A stretch of DNA of 32,000 nucleotides, taken from positions 1,545,622-1,577,621 of the forward strand of contig CP113000.1 in the NCBI GenBank assembly GCA_026625185.1, read 5' to 3'. The notes below the pieces were generated by a model that saw only the letters and a list, made by a program, of their open reading frames with translations, searched no databases and had not been told where the DNA came from. A program made the translations under genes and the position numbers. Within the stretch, counting starts at the first letter, position 1, and every line of letters begins with the position of its first letter. This DNA is from Thermodesulfobacteriota bacterium. GTDB lineage: Bacteria > Desulfobacterota > WTBG01 > JAGOGO01. Positions 15,349 through 24,836 of this stretch are shown here, one piece after another.

Positions 15349-17247
15349 TTATTTTCCTAAAATGCAAACCGAGACTTTGTCGAACTGTCCTTCTTTAGCC
15401 ATTGTGTATTTTTCCCAAAAGAGCTTGTCGCTATCATAAAAAGAATTGGTTTCTTTACGCTTGAGAAGCTTGCGAAATTCCCCCGGGCCGCCATTGTACA
15501 TAGCGTAAACCACCCGGCTTAGGGTATCCAGATCCAAAGGATTAGCGGGGTCCATTTTTTTCAGGGCATATTTAGACAAATAGTAATTGAGGATTTCGCT
15601 CCCAGCGCGGGCGTTGTACCGGATATTCCACCCGAGACTTTCGAGCCGGTAAAGACCGCGCCACACCCTTTCGTTGATCTGCATCAGCCCGATTGAACTT
15701 TGGTTGTAAGAAAGAAGGTATCGGAGCTTCCCCTGGGTGTTTATAAATTGACGCCAGCAGCTTTCCTGCCAGGCGGTTGAAAGCACAAGAAGACGGTAAA
15801 AGTCCAGATACTTGTTTTCCAGTGGTTTCTGGGCAAGTGTGTCCTGCGCGGCTTGGTCAAGCACCTGCTTCACCTGAAATATGTATGGTTGGATGTTTTT
15901 GGCGGAGGGGATCCACTGCTTAAGGTCACCCAGGTCCGCTGGTTTTGTTTCAACAGCAAAGGCCAACGGTAGGAAGACTTTACGCCATGAGGAAAGGTAA
16001 TTGTTTTGAGCTGTTTGTTCTGCTTGATCGTCAGGAAAATCTATCTCCTGGCGGTCAAACGCCGGGCCGGTAGTATCGAGCGGTGGTCCAAAGCCAAGGA
16101 GATTGCGAAGTCCCGGGTCTACGCCATAAGAGTACTCTAACAGTGGCTCAGCTTGTTTGTCGCTCAAGAGTTGAGCTAATCGCACTAACCCCTCACGGCT
16201 GATATCAATACCCAAAGCAGGGCCCAGCTTATCCAGTGTTACCAATGCATCAGAGGCGGTAAAAAAAGATAAGTACTTGAGAAGGGAGGTTGACGGTTGA
16301 GTGACCAGGTGCGTTCTTAATATCGTGGCCAAGCGTTGCCAGGTCCCAACAAACTGCTCGCGGATCAGGTTATTACCCAGGGTGTTTTCACCCAACGACC
16401 GGATAAATCCCTGACGAGTGTCTAACAACGTCTCCATCAAATCACCTTGCTCGGTTTCCGTCAGCGGTTGGCCGAGGAGGGACTCAATTTGATACACGAG
16501 AAAAGAATCCCAGGTTTCCCACGACCGGGAGAACAGCTCAACCTCTTGCGGGGATAACGGCTTCGGCGCAGCCTCTTTTTGTTTTGGCAACGGCTCAGTC
16601 TCCATAAGAAGCTCAAGCCGCACAGCATCATTATCAACCCGGGCGTCACTGAGACGGAAACTGTTCAACCAGTTTTCCAGGCGCGGCCGGGTTTCCGATG
16701 AGACGAGGAGGGGCAAGACGTTTTTAAGTTCATTCACCGGGAAAGAAAGATTAATGCTGATATCATCAAAAAACGGAATAATTGTTGTTCGGATAACATT
16801 CCAAATTTTTTCGCCAACCTTGGCCGGCTTTCCATCTTTGCCGAAAACGTCGGAGCTTATAGTTGTAAACCGGAGATTTTGGGTGTTTTTATCCACCCAC
16901 ACCCGTTGTAAAATTTTCAACGTGCCTTCCCAGTCTGCGAATTGCAGGCATTTCCCGAAAGTTTTTAATCCGAGTTTTATTTTGATGTTGGTATTGATTT
17001 TGAGCAAAGATTTTTCGGGCGAGAACTCAGGCGCCCAAAGCTCGATATCGTTGCAGCCTTCTCCGGTTGCGCTTCCAATGATTGCTTTCCCCCCTGGTTT
17101 ATTGAATGCCTGAACATGAAACAGCGAGCGGAGTAAGTTATAGTCAACGGTCAGGGGAAAGCGCACTGCCTCAGGTGCGCTCCAGACAGAAGCGGGGATG
17201 AGTAAAAATACCAGCAGTGAAAAAAGATACCAGACTTTGGGGTTCAT
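15349..17247 (-). CDS. Secreted protein with C-terminal lytic transglycosylase (SLT) domain
   Basis: I prefer the start at the second Met (ATG 17247..17245, preceded by AAAGGA), which gives the signal peptide MNPKVWYLFSLLVFLLIPASVWSAPE. The C-terminal motifs are STAWQESCWRQF, IGLMQINERVW and YAMYNGGPG. The N-terminal ~450 aa are unassigned. Confidence 0.65.
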   Translation of the reverse strand: MNPKVWYLFSLLVFLLIPASVWSAPEAVRFPLTVDYNLLRSLFHVQAFNKPGGKAIIGSATGEGCNDIELWAPEFSPEKSLLKINTNIKIKLGLKTFGKCLQFADWEGTLKILQRVWVDKNTQNLRFTTISSDVFGKDGKPAKVGEKIWNVIRTTIIPFFDDISINLSFPVNELKNVLPLLVSSETRPRLENWLNSFRLSDARVDNDAVRLELLMETEPLPKQKEAAPKPLSPQEVELFSRSWETWDSFLVYQIESLLGQPLTETEQGDLMETLLDTRQGFIRSLGENTLGNNLIREQFVGTWQRLATILRTHLVTQPSTSLLKYLSFFTASDALVTLDKLGPALGIDISREGLVRLAQLLSDKQAEPLLEYSYGVDPGLRNLLGFGPPLDTTGPAFDRQEIDFPDDQAEQTAQNNYLSSWRKVFLPLAFAVETKPADLGDLKQWIPSAKNIQPYIFQVKQVLDQAAQDTLAQKPLENKYLDFYRLLVLSTAWQESCWRQFINTQGKLRYLLSYNQSSIGLMQINERVWRGLYRLESLGWNIRYNARAGSEILNYYLSKYALKKMDPANPLDLDTLSRVVYAMYNGGPGEFRKLLKRKETNSFYDSDKLFWEKYTMAKEGQFDKVSVCILGK

Positions 17248-17410
17248 GCGCCAATCCTTTATTCGAGTAATAATGTGAAACGTTTCTCCATTAAAATTTT
17301 GCATATTTTTTATTATATCTTTCCGATACCCTAAATCAAGTAATTATGTTAAAATATAAAGATACAATAAAGAAGAAAAAATTAAAAATAGCCAAAGCAA
17401 CTAACAAATT

Positions 17411-17701
17411 ATGAATGATTATTTCGACCCGGATAAACCCATTCGCATTCCTCTTGAAGATACACTTGACCTCCATTCATTTTTACCCAAGGAGATTCCC
17501 TCACTTTTAGAGGAATACCTATCAGAATGTCTTAAAGCTGGGATCGTGGAGGTGCGGATAATCCATGGCAAAGGCACGGGCTTTTTAAGAGAAAAAGTTC
17601 ATTCTCTTCTCAAAAGGTCACCTCTGATTGAATCATTCCATTTGGCTGATGAAACCGGCGGAAGCTGGGGGGCAACGATAGTGCGATTAAGGAAATTATA
17701 G
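17411..17701 (+). CDS. Smr-domain protein
   Basis: 96 aa. LDLHSF...VEVRIIHGKGTGFLREKVHSLL is the Smr/MutS2 C-terminal domain pattern. Confidence 0.8.
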   Translation: MNDYFDPDKPIRIPLEDTLDLHSFLPKEIPSLLEEYLSECLKAGIVEVRIIHGKGTGFLREKVHSLLKRSPLIESFHLADETGGSWGATIVRLRKL

Positions 17702-17711
17702 GGGTTTTTCA

Positions 17712-18878
17712 ATGGCCTTGGATAAACGATATGAAGTACTGGCCCTTGCTTCCGGGGTGCTTTTTATTGATATGATCGGGTATGGTATCGTCGTGCCCAT
17801 CCTTCCTCTCTACGCTTCCACGCTCGGCGCTACCACAACAGAAATTGGTTTTTTATTCGCCTCCTATTCCTTGGTGTTTCTTTTTGCGCTTCTTCCGCTC
17901 TGTCATTTCGTCGATAAATACGGGAAAAAGAGGTTAATCGTTCTTGGGATGTTTCTTCTTGGTATCAGTTCTCTTTTCTATGCTTTCACCACTTCTCTTT
18001 TTCTTTTGACCATAAGCCGGATGCTTCAGGGGTTTTCTGCTTCTTTAACCTGGGCGGCTGCTCTCCCCTTAGCGTCCCAGGTAACGACTGAAGACAAGCG
18101 GGGACTGGAGATGGGCATCATTTCCATGGCGATCGGCTTGGGGTCAATTCTTGGGCCGGTGATCGGCGGTCTGGGAAGCTTTCACGCACCTTTTTATTTT
18201 TTAGCTCTGGTTACCTTTGGTTTGGGACTTCTTTGTTTGTTCTCTTTAGAGGAGCCGGAAGAGGTGAAGAAACACAAGGAGTATGTAAAATTAAAAGAAA
18301 ATATCATTCGGCTGTTGGAAATAAATGAAGTGCAATGTTCCTGTTTGGGTGTCGTCTTCTGCTGGTTTTTCTGGGGCATGCTCGAGGTGCTTTTCCCGCT
18401 CTATCTGCAAGCGGGTAGTTACCCTCGGTTCGTGATCGGAATCCTCTTTGGTGTTTCCGGCATCGCGTTTGTGCTTTTTCAACCAGTAGCCGGTATCTTT
18501 TCTGACCGGGTTGGCAGAACGCTACCAATTCTTTTAGGCCTTTTATTTTTAGCCCTGCTCGCTCCGATACCTTTCCATCTCATCACCTTAACTTACTTAT
18601 TAGTATCCATGGCCTTTTTGGGTTTGGTTTCCGCCTTCATTTATGCCCCGACCCTTTCTCTGATCGGTGATGCCGTACCGGAGGAGGATCAGGGGATTGC
18701 TTATGGCCTTAATACCTGGATGTTCTCCGTGAGCTATATCGTGGGCCCCTGGCTCGCGGGGATATTGGCCGATGTTTTCAGCCTCCAAACGCCGTTTTAT
18801 GTTTGTTCAATGGTCATGATTATCGGTAGTGTAATACTCTTGAAGATTGGCAGAAAGATTAAACAATCTATTATCTGA
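17712..18878 (+). CDS. MFS transporter
   Basis: 388 aa with about 12 hydrophobic helices. The motif-A-like loop VDKYGKKRLIVLG follows TM2, and its second-half counterpart is FSDRVGRT. Confidence 0.85.
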   Translation: MALDKRYEVLALASGVLFIDMIGYGIVVPILPLYASTLGATTTEIGFLFASYSLVFLFALLPLCHFVDKYGKKRLIVLGMFLLGISSLFYAFTTSLFLLTISRMLQGFSASLTWAAALPLASQVTTEDKRGLEMGIISMAIGLGSILGPVIGGLGSFHAPFYFLALVTFGLGLLCLFSLEEPEEVKKHKEYVKLKENIIRLLEINEVQCSCLGVVFCWFFWGMLEVLFPLYLQAGSYPRFVIGILFGVSGIAFVLFQPVAGIFSDRVGRTLPILLGLLFLALLAPIPFHLITLTYLLVSMAFLGLVSAFIYAPTLSLIGDAVPEEDQGIAYGLNTWMFSVSYIVGPWLAGILADVFSLQTPFYVCSMVMIIGSVILLKIGRKIKQSII

Positions 18879-18883
18879 TAACG

Positions 18884-19312
18884 TCATGCTGAGTTCCGTA
18901 GCCCGGATGAATCCCGTTGCCAAGCGGGAATTTCACCATTATAGTTTGAAAAACGAAATCGAGAAAAATAAGAAGATATTTCAGCTTCTATTAAAGACCT
19001 ATCTTTTCTGATTTCCTTCCTATCGATCGCATCAAGATCAAGGCGCCTTAATAATTTTTCAATATCATCGGTATGATAACTTTCTTTATATTTGGCGATC
19101 TTATTCCCGCCTTCGTCGATAATTGCTTTTAACAGGTCTTTATTTAGAGGTGCACTTGGAAACACAGCTTTCGTGAAACCAGCACCCAGTAGAAAAATAC
19201 TATTTGAGTTGATTGCTATATTTGAATTTTTGTGGCCCAACATTATATTTTGTGCTAAGCCTATAAAATTTATTGACAAATAACATATAATGCATCTCCT
19301 CGGCCAGCGCAA
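18884..19312 (-). CDS. Hypothetical protein; SIR2-like N-terminal fragment, probably a truncated remnant
   Basis: 142-aa ORF; the ATG at 19243 is a plausible real start (MLGHKN...). SIFLLGAGFTKAVFPSAPLNKDLL resembles the GAG Rossmann motif at the N-terminus of SIR2-like (SIR2_2-type) proteins. About 80 aa later, RFSNYNG sits where the (T)NYD motif would be. The ORF then ends within a hairpin repeat (EIPAWQRDSSGLRNSA*), 5 nt from the MFS stop. The region is AT-rich. Confidence 0.35.
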   Translation of the reverse strand: MRWPRRCIICYLSINFIGLAQNIMLGHKNSNIAINSNSIFLLGAGFTKAVFPSAPLNKDLLKAIIDEGGNKIAKYKESYHTDDIEKLLRRLDLDAIDRKEIRKDRSLIEAEISSYFSRFRFSNYNGEIPAWQRDSSGLRNSA

Positions 19313-19349
19313 TGCAGTTTAATTGTTGCCAAATTGAAAACTTGCGATT

Positions 19350-19874
19350 TTATTCAACCAGCTTCCGGATTGAATCGGGTAGTTTTTCCATGAGGTCGGG
19401 GTGTTCTTCAACAAGTCGGATGATGTCCGCCAGGTCCTTTTGCCTTTTGCTCTTGCGTCTCGTTTCATCTTGGAAGGCCCAAATCTTTCCGCGCAGCACA
19501 TCTTCTATCTGGGCTACCTGCATATCGTAACCCAATATGTTTTTTTTCGTCGCGTGGTTGATGAACTCTTGATAACGAGCATCCGTTTGCAATTGGATCC
19601 GCAATTCTGATTTAGCATTGTTTAAATTAATGCTATGCTGAAATCGTTCAATTTTAAAACCATGAGCGAGGGATTTTTCACAAACCAATTCAATATTCCG
19701 AGCAATCACGACCACGTCAAGATCAAGGCTAACAACCGGCTCCACATAGGCATTAACCGCCAGGCCGCCAACCACGCAATAAAGCGAGTCGGTTTGCTTC
19801 GTTATATCTAGTAACTCCTGGATGATATCGGTTTCACCATTTGCGATTGCATTTATAAATTCTTTGCCAGTCAT
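19350..19874 (-). CDS. Nucleotidyltransferase-fold protein (AbiEii/DUF-type NTase-like), function unknown
   Basis: 174 aa. LYCVVGGLAVNAYVEPVVSLDLDVVV matches the GG...R/V.T/S.DLD NTase strand-loop pattern. The C-terminal QIEDVLRGKIWAFQD...RQKDLADIIRL matches the (R/K)xKDxxDI helix common in this family. Confidence 0.45.
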   Translation of the reverse strand: MTGKEFINAIANGETDIIQELLDITKQTDSLYCVVGGLAVNAYVEPVVSLDLDVVVIARNIELVCEKSLAHGFKIERFQHSINLNNAKSELRIQLQTDARYQEFINHATKKNILGYDMQVAQIEDVLRGKIWAFQDETRRKSKRQKDLADIIRLVEEHPDLMEKLPDSIRKLVE

Positions 19875-19982
19875 ATTGTTTCTCCACTGACATTTTGATG
19901 TTACTGATCAAAATTTATTCACGATGGATAGGAGATTGTCTACCATTGAACATCCTTCACTTCGGGCAAACAAAAGCGGAAC

Positions 19983-20489
19983 TTAAACCCGCCATTTCCG
20001 CCCGATGATTACCTGATCGAGCAGTTTCCTATTTCCCTTTCCGGTTTTCTCAGCCGGATGGCCTAAACTAATCACAGCCATCAACTCCACACCATCAGGC
20101 ACCTCGAGGAGCTTTTCAACCTGTTTCCGATTTTTGAGAATCTCTCCCAGCCAGACTCCTCCTAATCCGAGGTGATGGATGGCAAGGAGCATATTCTGGA
20201 TGCAGGCTCCGATTGCCTGAATATCTTTTTCACGGTTGTAGGATGCTTTGTTATCGAGAAACACGGCGATGCAAACCGGAGCATTTTTAATAATGTGTGC
20301 ATAAACGGTTTGCTGGGAAAGCTTGTTTAGCATCTCCTTTTCTTTGACCACCACGAACTTCCACGGTTGATTGTTTAAGCCTGAAGGCGCCCAGGTTCCC
20401 ATCTCAATGATTGTATCAATGGTCTGGTCATCAACCTCTGCTGCGGTAAACTTCCGAATACTGCGGCGGCTTCTAATTTCTTCCAGCAT
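19983..20489 (-). CDS. Nitroreductase-family protein
   Basis: MLEEIRSRRSIRKF...APSGLNNQPWKFVVV is the classic nitroreductase N-terminus. The ATG at 20489 is preferred over the TTG at 20504 used in the track. Confidence 0.85.
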   Translation of the reverse strand: MLEEIRSRRSIRKFTAAEVDDQTIDTIIEMGTWAPSGLNNQPWKFVVVKEKEMLNKLSQQTVYAHIIKNAPVCIAVFLDNKASYNREKDIQAIGACIQNMLLAIHHLGLGGVWLGEILKNRKQVEKLLEVPDGVELMAVISLGHPAEKTGKGNRKLLDQVIIGRKWRV

Positions 20490-20586
20490 TTTTTCTTTTA
20501 TCAATCAGTAAATCTAAAATGAGCTAAGATTATATCGCCAAAACCGAATAATTTAAAAGGGGATTTTTTTGTTATAATTATATGGG

Positions 20587-23500
20587 TCAACCATACCCCT
20601 TAAATTGACTCACCTGGTGCATGAAGGCTTCTATGCGGGTCCGGGCGTTGGTTTGTTCCTGCCCATCGTAGGCCATGGTGAGGACCGGAATATTTTTTTC
20701 GATTCCCTGGAATTGTTTAAGAAGTGTATTGACAATGGTTCCGGGCATGCACGTAAAAGGCATAACACTGACGATTCCGTGCACCCCTTTGCGGATAAAA
20801 TCAATGGCCTTGCCGATACTCAATATTGCCTCCCCTTCGAACGTTGAGTCAAGGTAGGGACGGGCATTGCGGAGGGTTTGTCTGGTTGAGGGTTCCGGAT
20901 AATTTTTAAAACTCGCCGCAAAAACTTTGCTCAGGTTGTGCTCATAAAATTGTTGATACCTATTGGTGATAAAGATCTTAAGTAAATTTAACCAGCTGCG
21001 ATTTTCCCAGGTTCTTCTTAAAGAAGTAAAATTGGTGTAAGAGATCCACTCTCCTACTGGCGGAAGCCAGGCTTCTCCGCCAAGCGCCTCAATCTGGCCG
21101 ACAATATTCTCATTACTGAACCCGTTGGAACGGACATAGATTTCCCCGACAATCCCGATGATCGGTTTCTGTATTCCCCGGTCTATCTGGACGCCTTCGA
21201 ATTCTTTGCGGGCCTGGCGGAGCAGGTTGGTAAGCTCTTTTTTTATTTTTATATACTCAAACACCTGTTGAAAATAGTGCTGGTAAACGTGGTTGGTTTC
21301 ACCGGAATGCTTTTCATACGGTCGGGTTTCACGCAGCTTCTTATCCAGAAGGTCTATGGCGACAATCCCCTGCCAGGCTTGTCTGGCAAACTCAGCCCCG
21401 ATGACGGTTTTTAATTCTTCATAGACCTGGTCATCCTGATTGAAATTGAAAATCGGCACCTGATGAAATCCCAGTTCGTCGAGAACTAGACGCTGAAAAT
21501 GAGAGTATTGGCCAAACCGGCACGGTCCATTGGACGAGAGCATTAAAAAAGCAGAGTGATCAGAGTTAAAGTCTGATCTTTGGGTGGCCTTTACCATATT
21601 GCCGGTGGTTAAGATACACGGATAGCATTCTTTACCGGAGGTGTACTTCCGTCCCAGTTTTACGGTTTCCGCGTCCGATTCGGGTAAAACTTCTGATGGA
21701 TTACCACACGCCTGGAATGCGCCAGCCAAAGCAAAAGCGTGGTCACACATCCGGGGGATAAAAACAACTTTCTTTTTCCCATTGGTAGAAATAATCGTGA
21801 GCCTGGTTTTGGAAATTTCATCAGGATTTTTTGGGCGCACATTCTTCAGACTGTCTAAAAACGCCTCCAGCCGGGTAATGACTCCGGCATCAGCGCTGTG
21901 TTCGTCAATCTCAAGCTGGAGAAAAGGTTTTTCATCAAGCTCCTTCTGAAAATAATGAGAGATGAAAGAGTCTGGGCCGCAGCTGAAGTTGGTAATGTAA
22001 ATCGGGAACAGCCGGTGGTCTCTTTTTATAATCTGAGCGGCAGCTAATATTTTTTGTCCGTAAGCCCAGTACATCCCCCGCCATTTTTGTGAAATGTCAA
22101 CCTCATCCAGGGGAAGCATGTCGAGTGGAATTGCCGTAACCCCCATCTCCCGTAACTTCACCGGAATACGGAGGTTAATCCCCGGATCAAAGCCATTGTA
22201 AGCGCGGCTCACAATGACACAGGCTTTCTCCTTCGGATCAAGCCGGCTAAGAATTTCCTTTCCTCGTTGACGGAGCACTTCGGAAAATATTTGCTGAGCC
22301 TGAAAAGCTTGCACAATTGCCCGGCGATGTTCTCTTTTGTTTTTTTTCAATCTTACCATTAAGGGGATTAAATTTTTAGTTAACTGGTCAGGATTATTCG
22401 CCATAAACAGGGGGATATGGACAAAGTTCACCCCCCGCTCCTTAAAGTTAATCGCTGATTGGATCGTGTAGGGAAAAGACTGGACATAAGGACAGGCAAA
22501 GCTATGAGGAATGTTCGGCTGTGGTTGGGTAAAATTAATGAGACTCGGTAAAAAAATAGTCTGGATGTTTTTGTTGATAAGATTTAAGACATGTCCATGG
22601 GCTGCTTTAATAGGGAAGCAGGTCTCAGTGACGATTACCTCCAGACCTTCCCGGATAAGCTTTTTATTGGTCGGATCAGAGAGCTTGACCCGAAATCCCA
22701 GCGCATTGAAGTAGGTGGCCCAGAAAGGAAGCAGGTCATAGTAAAACAAAGCCCGGGGAAGGCCGATCACCGGAGCTGAATCAGGCAAGGTGTCGTTTTG
22801 CTTTTCAAACTGATAGAGTAAAGTCTCGCGCTCTCCAAAAAGGTCAGGGATATGGTGCAGATCCTTCTTTTTAGTTTCAATTTCATATTTTTCACACCGG
22901 CCGCCATAGTAAAGCGGACTTTCACCTTTAACCGTGAGCGAATGGATCTCGCACCGGTTCACACATCCATTGCATTCGAAAGAAGAAAGGTCGTATTCTT
23001 TTTTATTTAAATCAAACCCCTTGAATTTGCTCGGGCCGGGCGCTTTTTCTTTCATGGCCAGGATGGCAACCCCGATTGCTCCGGTTACTTCGTGATCAGG
23101 AGGGACGGTTATGCTTTTGCCTACCAAATTTTCAAATGCGGCTACCACTCCCTGATTAAAGGCCGTGCCTCCCTGAAAAAATATCCGCTCGCCAACCGGC
23201 TTTTTGCTTACCACTTTATTGAGATAATTGTGAACAATTGAGTAGCAAAGCCCGGCTACCAGGTCCTCTTTTCTAGCGCCCCGTTGTTGATGGTGGACGA
23301 GATCAGATTCCATAAACACGGTGCAACGCTCCCCGAGAGAGACCGGTGATTGAGCGCGTAACGCTAATCGGGCAAACTCATCTTTGATTGAGATTCCAAG
23401 CTTTTCCGCCTGCTCTTCCAAAAACGATCCGGTTCCGGCAGCGCAGACCTTGTTCATTTCAAAGTCAACCACCGCGCCGTTTTTAAGGCTGATATATTTT

Positions 23501-24792
23501 GAGTCCTGCCCGCCGATCTCAAATATCGTATCCACCTCAGGATCAATATGTGCTGCGGCAGTGGCTTGGGCGGTGATTTCATTGCGAACAATGTCAGCCC
23601 CGATAAAATCCCCGGTTAAATAGCGGCCTGATCCGGTGGTTCCAAGTCCCACGATGTGAACATAATCATTTAATTCTTCGCCGATTTCTTTTAACCCCTG
23701 CTTGATCGCTTCTATGGGCCGGCCGGCAGTCATAAGGTAGCGCTTTGACAGTATCTTTTTATGCTCATCAATCACCACGACATTGGTGCTGATAGAACCT
23801 ACGTCAACTCCGAGATAGCCTTTGATCTTTTCCCGGTTGGGGGTGATGAAGTTTTGGGTGGGATTAAGAGGTTTTCGGATATAAGGAGAAAGAGACTGTT
23901 CCCCCTTCTCCGATTGACGTGACGAGGCTGAATAGGTTTCGAGTTTTTTCAACCCTTCCCATTGCCAACGGCAGGTAGAGTTCTCCATGGACAACAGGCA
24001 CGCTCCGATTGCTCCCATGGAAGCAAAATGTTCGGGGATAATAAATTCTTCCGGGGAAAGCCCCAGAACTTCTTTAAAAGCCCGCCTCATGCCGAGATTA
24101 GCGGCAACTCCACCCTGGAAGGCGACCGGCGGTCTGAACTCAACCCCCTTTCCGATGGTGCTTTTAAAATTTCGCGCCACCGCAAAACATAAACCAGCCA
24201 CGATGTCGTAATCGGGAACAGCAATTTGTTGTAGGTGGATCATATCGCTTTTAGCAAACACACTGCATCGCCCCGCAAGCCGGGGAGGAGCAGCGGACCG
24301 AAGGGCCAATGATCCGAATTCTTCAATGGAAAGACCAAGCCGGGTTGCCTGCTGGTCCAGGAACGACCCGGTTCCGGCAGCGCAGATGGTGTTCATCGAA
24401 AAGGACTTAAGCTTAACGCTTCCGCAATTGGTATCATAGTCGAGCGCAATTAATTTAGAATCCTCTCCGCCCATTTCAACAACGGTTTTTACGTTGGGGT
24501 GGAGCCACTCAATTGCTTTGCACTGGGCGATGATCTCATTGAAAAAATGGGCATTCAGTAATCGAGCTAAGGTTTTCCCGCCCGAACCGACAAAAGAAAT
24601 ATTTGAAAAGTCAGTGGGAGGGATGAGGTGAAAAACATTTTGGAGGATATTATGGACGGTAAGGATCGGCTGGCCCTGGAGGCGATGGTAATATTCTTCC
24701 TGTATTTTTTTTTGGGAATCAATAATAACGGTATTGGCGCTTATTGACCCAACATCAATTCCTAAAAAGTATCCTCCTTCATTTTTAGACAT
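20587..24792 (-). CDS. Fused double BadF/BadG/BcrA/BcrD-type ATPase ('CoA-substrate-specific enzyme activase') with large C-terminal activase-associated domains
   Basis: 1401 aa. It has two tandem acetate/sugar-kinase-fold activator modules (GIDVGSISANTV...CAAGTGSFLDQQA and GVDVGSISTNVV...CAAGTGSFLEEQA). A Cys cluster (FECNGCVNRCEIH) follows. The remaining ~750 aa look like those of the long activase fusion proteins. Confidence 0.8.
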   Translation of the reverse strand: MSKNEGGYFLGIDVGSISANTVIIDSQKKIQEEYYHRLQGQPILTVHNILQNVFHLIPPTDFSNISFVGSGGKTLARLLNAHFFNEIIAQCKAIEWLHPNVKTVVEMGGEDSKLIALDYDTNCGSVKLKSFSMNTICAAGTGSFLDQQATRLGLSIEEFGSLALRSAAPPRLAGRCSVFAKSDMIHLQQIAVPDYDIVAGLCFAVARNFKSTIGKGVEFRPPVAFQGGVAANLGMRRAFKEVLGLSPEEFIIPEHFASMGAIGACLLSMENSTCRWQWEGLKKLETYSASSRQSEKGEQSLSPYIRKPLNPTQNFITPNREKIKGYLGVDVGSISTNVVVIDEHKKILSKRYLMTAGRPIEAIKQGLKEIGEELNDYVHIVGLGTTGSGRYLTGDFIGADIVRNEITAQATAAAHIDPEVDTIFEIGGQDSKYISLKNGAVVDFEMNKVCAAGTGSFLEEQAEKLGISIKDEFARLALRAQSPVSLGERCTVFMESDLVHHQQRGARKEDLVAGLCYSIVHNYLNKVVSKKPVGERIFFQGGTAFNQGVVAAFENLVGKSITVPPDHEVTGAIGVAILAMKEKAPGPSKFKGFDLNKKEYDLSSFECNGCVNRCEIHSLTVKGESPLYYGGRCEKYEIETKKKDLHHIPDLFGERETLLYQFEKQNDTLPDSAPVIGLPRALFYYDLLPFWATYFNALGFRVKLSDPTNKKLIREGLEVIVTETCFPIKAAHGHVLNLINKNIQTIFLPSLINFTQPQPNIPHSFACPYVQSFPYTIQSAINFKERGVNFVHIPLFMANNPDQLTKNLIPLMVRLKKNKREHRRAIVQAFQAQQIFSEVLRQRGKEILSRLDPKEKACVIVSRAYNGFDPGINLRIPVKLREMGVTAIPLDMLPLDEVDISQKWRGMYWAYGQKILAAAQIIKRDHRLFPIYITNFSCGPDSFISHYFQKELDEKPFLQLEIDEHSADAGVITRLEAFLDSLKNVRPKNPDEISKTRLTIISTNGKKKVVFIPRMCDHAFALAGAFQACGNPSEVLPESDAETVKLGRKYTSGKECYPCILTTGNMVKATQRSDFNSDHSAFLMLSSNGPCRFGQYSHFQRLVLDELGFHQVPIFNFNQDDQVYEELKTVIGAEFARQAWQGIVAIDLLDKKLRETRPYEKHSGETNHVYQHYFQQVFEYIKIKKELTNLLRQARKEFEGVQIDRGIQKPIIGIVGEIYVRSNGFSNENIVGQIEALGGEAWLPPVGEWISYTNFTSLRRTWENRSWLNLLKIFITNRYQQFYEHNLSKVFAASFKNYPEPSTRQTLRNARPYLDSTFEGEAILSIGKAIDFIRKGVHGIVSVMPFTCMPGTIVNTLLKQFQGIEKNIPVLTMAYDGQEQTNARTRIEAFMHQVSQFKGYG

Positions 24793-24836
24793 GCGATCCT
24801 CCCGTGCACGCTTACTGGTTGTTTAGAGAATTTACT

